Positions 58,985 through 64,000 of a DNA stretch of 64,000 nucleotides are shown here, piece by piece. Within the stretch, counting starts at the first letter, position 1, and the number at the start of each line of letters is the position of its first letter. The DNA comes from Candidatus Woesearchaeota archaeon. GTDB lineage: Archaea; Nanobdellota; Nanobdellia; Woesearchaeales; UBA583. Both the position numbers and the translations under genes were made by a program. Under the pieces are notes generated by a model. The model was not told where the DNA came from, ran no database searches, and worked only from the letters and a program-made list of their open reading frames with translations. The stretch is taken from NCBI GenBank assembly GCA_027858315.1, contig JAQICV010000077.1:6186-70185 (forward strand). The letters run 5' to 3'.

Positions 58985-60031
58985 TTATTTCTTACTGATT
59001 AGTTTTATTACTTCAATCATCCTATTTGAAAATCCATATTCATTATCATACCATACTGCAAGTTTTAATAGATTTCTACCAACAACTTCTGTACTTTGAG
59101 CATCAATTACTCCTGAATGCGGATTTCCTATTATGTCTGAAGATACTAATTCTTCTTCACTATACTCGACAATGCCATGGAGTTTTGTACTACAAATTTC
59201 TTTTAAGAATGAATTGATTTCTTCTTTTGTTATATTTTTTTTCAATTCTAAATTCAAATCAGTAATACTCCCAGTTATAGTTGGAACTCTATATGCAATT
59301 CCATGAAGTTTGCCTTCTAATTCAGGTATTAATTTAATTACTGCTTGCGCTGCACCTGTTGAAGTTGGAACGATGTTGAATGGTGCTGCTCTTCCTCTTC
59401 TTAATTTTGGATGTACAGAGTCTAAAATTCTTTGATCTCCAGTTACTGAATGAATCGTTGCAAACATTCCTTTTTCAATACCATATTTTTTGTATAATTC
59501 ATTAACTATTGCACTCATAGAATTTGTTGTACAAGAACCATTTGATACAACCTTAAATTCATTTTTATACTCTTCATCATTAACTCCTCTAACCAGATAA
59601 AATACATCCCCTTTACCTGGTGCAGAGATTACAACTTTTTTTGCACCATTTTTTATATGAATGTCTACTTGTTCTCTGTCTACAAATCTTCCAGTACATT
59701 CAGCTACAACATCAATATCTAAGTCTTTCCAAGGTAGTTTTTCTATATCTTTTTCTCCTAAAACCTTAACTCTTCTATCTCCTACAACTAGATACTCACC
59801 ATCAACTTCAACTTTAGTAGGGAATTGGCCTTGTGCACTATCATATTGTAAGAAATATCTTGCTGCATCAGCTCCAGATAAATCATTAATTGCGACAAAT
59901 TCGATGTTTGGATCATTAAATCCAGCTCTAAATATCATTCTTCCAATTCTTCCAAATCCATTAATTGCAACCCTTACTTTTTTATTTGAAGAAATTTCTT
60001 CTTTAATTTCACTTAGTATATTATCTTTCAT
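58985..60031 (-). CDS. gap: glyceraldehyde-3-phosphate dehydrogenase, type I (bacterial/eukaryotic type)
   Basis: 348 aa ORF with INGFGRIGR and the catalytic SNGSCTTNS motif. Confidence 0.9.
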   Translation of the reverse strand: MKDNILSEIKEEISSNKKVRVAINGFGRIGRMIFRAGFNDPNIEFVAINDLSGADAARYFLQYDSAQGQFPTKVEVDGEYLVVGDRRVKVLGEKDIEKLPWKDLDIDVVAECTGRFVDREQVDIHIKNGAKKVVISAPGKGDVFYLVRGVNDEEYKNEFKVVSNGSCTTNSMSAIVNELYKKYGIEKGMFATIHSVTGDQRILDSVHPKLRRGRAAPFNIVPTSTGAAQAVIKLIPELEGKLHGIAYRVPTITGSITDLNLELKKNITKEEINSFLKEICSTKLHGIVEYSEEELVSSDIIGNPHSGVIDAQSTEVVGRNLLKLAVWYDNEYGFSNRMIEVIKLISKK

Positions 60032-60161
60032 AGATAAATTTACTCAAAGTTTTAATTAAATGTTTAGTATCTTCGTTTAGTGATTATTTATTTTTACTTT
60101 AATTTTTATCCAATTTTAATTTAAACAAAGATTTATAAAACAAAATTCTTTAAGTAGTTCT

Positions 60162-60527
60162 ATGAAAGCTGAAAAAAAAATTGAAAAAAAATCTAAACAT
60201 GTTTTTGGAATGACTGATGCAGATTTTTCAAAAGAGAATTTTATTGAAGGAGGAGTTATTAGACCTTTAATACTTATGAGTGCATTTTTCTCATTTATAA
60301 TTGCTATGTTTTTGTTGTTATTGGGTGCTAAAGATATGGATTTAAATATGTTGAAATGGGGTGGTTCCTTAATTATATTTTCATTTGTTTTGAATTTATA
60401 TTCAATCTATGAATCTCTAAAAGATAAGCCTAGTATTTTTAAGAATATGAATTTAGGATTTAAATTTACATTATTTTTAATTGAAGTTGTAGCATTCAAC
60501 TGGATTTTAGCTACAATCCTAAATTAA
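60162..60527 (+). CDS. membrane protein
   Basis: 121 aa ORF with three transmembrane helices. Confidence 0.3.
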   Translation: MKAEKKIEKKSKHVFGMTDADFSKENFIEGGVIRPLILMSAFFSFIIAMFLLLLGAKDMDLNMLKWGGSLIIFSFVLNLYSIYESLKDKPSIFKNMNLGFKFTLFLIEVVAFNWILATILN

Positions 60528-60642
60528 AAGAAATTTTAAAATACAAAATTTCTAGCAAATCACCTATTATTTAATTTTTAATTTAATTTTTTACTTTATA
60601 GGTAATACTTTTTTTTATATTTAAAAGTCTTTTAAATAGTAT

Positions 60643-61167
60643 ATGAAATTATCGCAAGAGTTTTCTAGAGTTAAAAATAGTTTTTCTAAAGTTAAAGAAG
60701 ATATGATTAGAATATCTTCAAAAATTAATGAAAATTATGATGAATTTCTAAAAGAACATAAAAAAATTAAAGAAACTATTGAGAATTTATCAAATGAAGT
60801 TAGAGAACATATTTCTAAGGCTAAAAATATTACTCCAAATCTTGAGACTGATAAAAATGAATCAAAAAAAGAGTATTTGGATTTGAAAGCAGAGATTAGG
60901 GAACTTAAGAGTGCGATCTCAAATATATTAGAAGAGCACCATAAATTCAATTTAACTATTGAAGAAGTTAAAAAAAATAAAGGTAATATTACTAGTCTTA
61001 AAGAAAAGCTCCACAGTAGTGAGCTTGAAATTTTTTTGTTAAAGGAGAGACTGATTGAAAAAGATGTTGAGGTTAAACAAATGAAAGATATAAATTCTCA
61101 CATGTTGAATGTACTAACTGAACTTTCTAATCTTGAGTTAGAAATACTTAATAAAAAACTTAACTAA
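60643..61167 (+). CDS. coiled-coil protein
   Basis: 174 aa charged, heptad-rich ORF. Confidence 0.3.
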   Translation: MKLSQEFSRVKNSFSKVKEDMIRISSKINENYDEFLKEHKKIKETIENLSNEVREHISKAKNITPNLETDKNESKKEYLDLKAEIRELKSAISNILEEHHKFNLTIEEVKKNKGNITSLKEKLHSSELEIFLLKERLIEKDVEVKQMKDINSHMLNVLTELSNLELEILNKKLN

Positions 61168-61227
61168 TGAAAATGGATATAGTCAAAAATAATAAAAATA
61201 TAGAAAATCCTGAGGTGAATTGTTAAA

Positions 61228-62052
61228 ATGGATTTTGAACAAAAGAAAAAGAAAAATGATAATGAAGAACAGTACCATATTGAAAATTTAAGAATTGTTA
61301 GAGATTTTTCTAAAAAACTTATTTTAGAAATGGATGATCTAGTTAAGGCAATAGTTATCTTTGGTTCAAATACTCATGATACTCTAGATAAAGATTCAGA
61401 TATAGATTTAATGATAATTCTAGATAATGTTTCAGTTTTTGTGACTGATGAACTAAAAGAAGCTTATAGAATTATTGTTTCAAAACTTGCATCAAAATAT
61501 CCCAATAAACTTCATCTTATGAGTGTAAATTTTAGTGATTATTGGGATATGGTTAGGAAAGGAGACCCTATAGTTATTAATGTTTTAAGATACGGAATCC
61601 CACTTTATGATAAAAACATAATAGCTCCAATGCAATATTTGCTTGAAATTGGAAAAATTAAACCTTCAAGAGAAACAGTTTATACTTATATGGCGAGGTC
61701 TCAAACACTTTTAGAAGAGACTTCTAAACATTTAGATGACTCTGTATTAGATTTGTATTATGCAATCATTGATATGGTGCATGCTTCTTTAATTGTTGAG
61801 AAAAAAATGCCTCCTTCCCCAAAAGAGATGCCACATATATTCAAAGAGACTTTCAAAAATAAACCTTTAGCAAAATACTCGAAAATAATTGAAGAGTTTT
61901 ATAAAATTGCAAAAGGTATAGAACATAAAAAAGGAATTAAAATTAATGGTGTGAAATATGATGAGCTTAAAATTAAAGCAGAAGAAGTAGTTTTGGAATT
62001 AAAGAAACATATCGATGTAAGCATCACAAAAAAAGACCTATTTGAGTTATAA
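61228..62052 (+). CDS. Pol-beta-superfamily nucleotidyltransferase fused to helical C-terminal domain
   Basis: 274 aa ORF with the GS...DxD NTase motif (IFGSNTHDTLDKDSDIDL). Confidence 0.5.
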   Translation: MDFEQKKKKNDNEEQYHIENLRIVRDFSKKLILEMDDLVKAIVIFGSNTHDTLDKDSDIDLMIILDNVSVFVTDELKEAYRIIVSKLASKYPNKLHLMSVNFSDYWDMVRKGDPIVINVLRYGIPLYDKNIIAPMQYLLEIGKIKPSRETVYTYMARSQTLLEETSKHLDDSVLDLYYAIIDMVHASLIVEKKMPPSPKEMPHIFKETFKNKPLAKYSKIIEEFYKIAKGIEHKKGIKINGVKYDELKIKAEEVVLELKKHIDVSITKKDLFEL

Positions 62053-62054
62053 AT

Positions 62055-62648
62055 ATGGCAATCATTACTATTCAAGAGCTTTTAATGTCGATTCATCAGA
62101 ATAATTTTTTTTGGATTGTAATACCAATTTTATTTATTGGTATTGTTACAGATAAATATCAAGAAGAATCAGGAACTTCTGTGGGTAATGCTATTTCTAA
62201 TGGTGCCTTAATTATTTTTACAGGTTTTTCATGGATACAAATTATTTCATCAAGGATAAATTTTTCAATTGATGTTATTGCATCACAATATATTTTTGCA
62301 GTATTTATTATTTTGTATGGTTTTTCAATTATTGGGTCAGGTTTTGGTAGCGGAGAGTTTGCAAAAGTATATGGTAGGATTAGAGTAATTACATTTATGT
62401 TAATATTTTTTACAATGATGATTTATGTTCCACTATTATATAATTATGTTAGTGTAGTATTGTTTGTTTTATTATTTCCATTTTATTATGCTTTTATTAC
62501 AGAACTTATTAAAATTATGCCTGTTGCAGGTTCAAAAATGGTTAACAAAGAGTATATTGATTTTTCCAAATCGGAACTTAAAAAATTGTCTCTTAATCAA
62601 AGATTTATTACAATTGGCAAAGCGAAGATATATGAGTATTTAGAGTAA
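62055..62648 (+). CDS. membrane protein
   Basis: 197 aa ORF with five transmembrane helices. Confidence 0.3.
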   Translation: MAIITIQELLMSIHQNNFFWIVIPILFIGIVTDKYQEESGTSVGNAISNGALIIFTGFSWIQIISSRINFSIDVIASQYIFAVFIILYGFSIIGSGFGSGEFAKVYGRIRVITFMLIFFTMMIYVPLLYNYVSVVLFVLLFPFYYAFITELIKIMPVAGSKMVNKEYIDFSKSELKKLSLNQRFITIGKAKIYEYLE

Positions 62649-62682
62649 ATGTTTATAAGAATTTGACTATTATTTTTATTAT

Positions 62683-63633
62683 ATGAGTATTGAAATAAAT
62701 ATTACTAAAGAATTTGACGGAGTTAAACCTAAAAATTTTATTAAGAAAAATATTGATATTCCATTTTTTAAAGTTGTTAATTTGATTAAAGATAAAAGAA
62801 TTACTATAAATGGGAAAAAGATTAAACAAGATGATATTTTAAGAGAAGGAGATGTTCTTAAAGTTTGGCCAAATGATATAACTCTTCGAGAAAAGAAGAA
62901 ATACCAAGAGAATATGGAAGATTTAGGTATTGAAGTTGTTTTTGAGAATGATAATTTCATTATTTTTAATAAAATTGCAGGAGTTGTTGTTCAAGGAGCC
63001 CAACATGATGATAAATCTTTTTCACTTCATCTTGCATGGTATAAAAATAAAATTGGTGATGAGAGTAGTTATGAATATTTTCATGCACACAGATTAGACA
63101 AAGATACTTCTGGACTTTTAGCTGTTGCAAAAAATGAGATTGCAATTAGAAATTTGAATGAAATCTTTAGACAAAGAGATGTTGTTAAGAAATATGTTTG
63201 TTTGTGTGTAGGAGAATTTGAAGAAAAGGAAGGAAAAGTTGAAGTTTTAATGACTCGAAATCCTCAAGGTTCTCATGAGAAGATGCGTATTGTTGAAAAA
63301 TTTGAGAAGGAAACTAAAAAGAGTCTTAGTTTATACAAAGTTCTTGAAGAGTATGAAGATAAAGATGGAGATATATTCTCATTAGTTGAAGTAGAAATTA
63401 AAACTGGCATTACACATCAAATTAGAGTTCATATGAAATCTTTAGGTCATGCTATACTAGGAGATAAAATGTATGGTAATTCATTTCTTAATAGAAAGTA
63501 TGAAGATAGATTGAGTAGACAATTTTTACATGCCAAATATTTAAAATTTAATTATGAAGGTGAAGAATTTGAAGTTGAAGCTCCAATTACTTTAGATTTA
63601 GAAAACTTTTTGAAAAATTTGAAAAAATTTTAG
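62683..63633 (+). CDS. RluA-family pseudouridine synthase with N-terminal S4-like domain
   Basis: 316 aa ORF with the catalytic motif HRLDKDTSGLL. Confidence 0.8.
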   Translation: MSIEINITKEFDGVKPKNFIKKNIDIPFFKVVNLIKDKRITINGKKIKQDDILREGDVLKVWPNDITLREKKKYQENMEDLGIEVVFENDNFIIFNKIAGVVVQGAQHDDKSFSLHLAWYKNKIGDESSYEYFHAHRLDKDTSGLLAVAKNEIAIRNLNEIFRQRDVVKKYVCLCVGEFEEKEGKVEVLMTRNPQGSHEKMRIVEKFEKETKKSLSLYKVLEEYEDKDGDIFSLVEVEIKTGITHQIRVHMKSLGHAILGDKMYGNSFLNRKYEDRLSRQFLHAKYLKFNYEGEEFEVEAPITLDLENFLKNLKKF

Positions 63634-63995
63634 ATGAATTCTTTTTCCATTGATTGTTTTAAATTTAAATAATTTTTCTCCCACCAAGTATAATAAAATG
63701 ACATGTTTCCTTTAGGTAAGAAATCTCTAACATTAGAATTTTTTGCAATATAATTTCCATATAGAACCAAATCAGATTTAATAGACATAAAAAGAACTAA
63801 ATACGGAATTAATTCTAACTCTGCAGAAATTAAAGGATTATAGATCATATACTCTTTAATAAAATATATAATTTTTTCGAAATTATACTTTCCACTATTA
63901 GAAATCTCATATTCCTCTTCCCTTGATAAAAACAAACTAGTTTTCACTATATCGTAAATTCTGTAAGTATAAACAATATGCTCGAAATCAATCAA
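63630..63995 (-). CDS. hypothetical protein (partial at window edge)
   Basis: The ORF runs to the window end. Confidence 0.2.
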   Translation of the reverse strand: MIDFEHIVYTYRIYDIVKTSLFLSREEEYEISNSGKYNFEKIIYFIKEYMIYNPLISAELELIPYLVLFMSIKSDLVLYGNYIAKNSNVRDFLPKGNMSFYYTWWEKNYLNLKQSMEKEFI

Positions 63996-64000
63996 ATATT

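Noticed and set aside
1-64000. CRISPR arrays, rRNA genes, integrase/transposase ORFs
   Set aside because: No regularly spaced direct repeats with unique spacers were seen. There are no rRNA-like GC-rich blocks and no ORF with tyrosine-recombinase or DDE motifs. The mobile-looking features here are all gene-less or carry only Fic.
1-64000. Alternative genetic code (stop-codon reassignment)
   Set aside because: Long uninterrupted ORFs with recognisable orthologs terminate at standard TAA/TAG/TGA. The interrupted genes are explained by single nonsense mutations or frameshifts and not by systematic in-frame stops.

Overview
This is a strongly AT-rich archaeal genome fragment, by gene content probably a DPANN-like lineage. 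It carries a [NiFe]-hydrogenase maturation cluster (HycI-like protease, NicO-type Ni transporter, hypF, hypE, hypD, hypC, hypA) next to a two-subunit 2-oxoacid:ferredoxin oxidoreductase. It also carries a secreted/surface locus (CAP-domain protein, a large surface protein, a split RND/MMPL exporter) and a ribosomal-protein block (L10e, L35Ae, S19e, L31e) beside tRNA-Glu and tRNA-Arg. The housekeeping genes are archaeal/eukaryote-type: GluRS, aIF2-beta, aIF6, MBF1, Pth2, SRP54, uS2, dUTPase, deoxyhypusine synthase, Dph6, type-I GAPDH, UppS, an RluA-type pseudouridine synthase, and an ATP-dependent DNA ligase. There are six tRNA genes: Glu-UUC, Arg-UCU, Gly-UCC, Glu-CUC, Cys-GCA and Pro-UGG.

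The most interesting signals:
- A ~1.2 kb cassette carrying a class-II Fic gene lies immediately 3' of tRNA-Glu(UUC). It is bounded by a 17-bp duplication of the tRNA 3' end, and a paralogous RibD_C–tRNA-Glu(CUC) locus at 37.5–38.2 kb looks like the matching empty site.
- Two homologous ~125-bp miniature elements, each with a palindromic hairpin and an att-like duplication, sit 3' of tRNA-Cys and tRNA-Pro.
- A short intergenic motif family recurs in promoter-like positions upstream of SRP54 and dut, and elsewhere.
- A co-directional five-gene cluster (mini-HEPN RNxxAH, GHKL ATPase, DUF4325/STAS-like, NUDIX, Cys-rich secreted protein) looks like an uncharacterised partner-switching toxin or defence module.
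- Several genes are disrupted: an Mre11-like phosphoesterase, a RibD_C paralog, Dph2 and an MFS transporter. This fits either genome decay or homopolymer sequencing errors.

No CRISPR array, rRNA or recognisable integrase/transposase gene is present.
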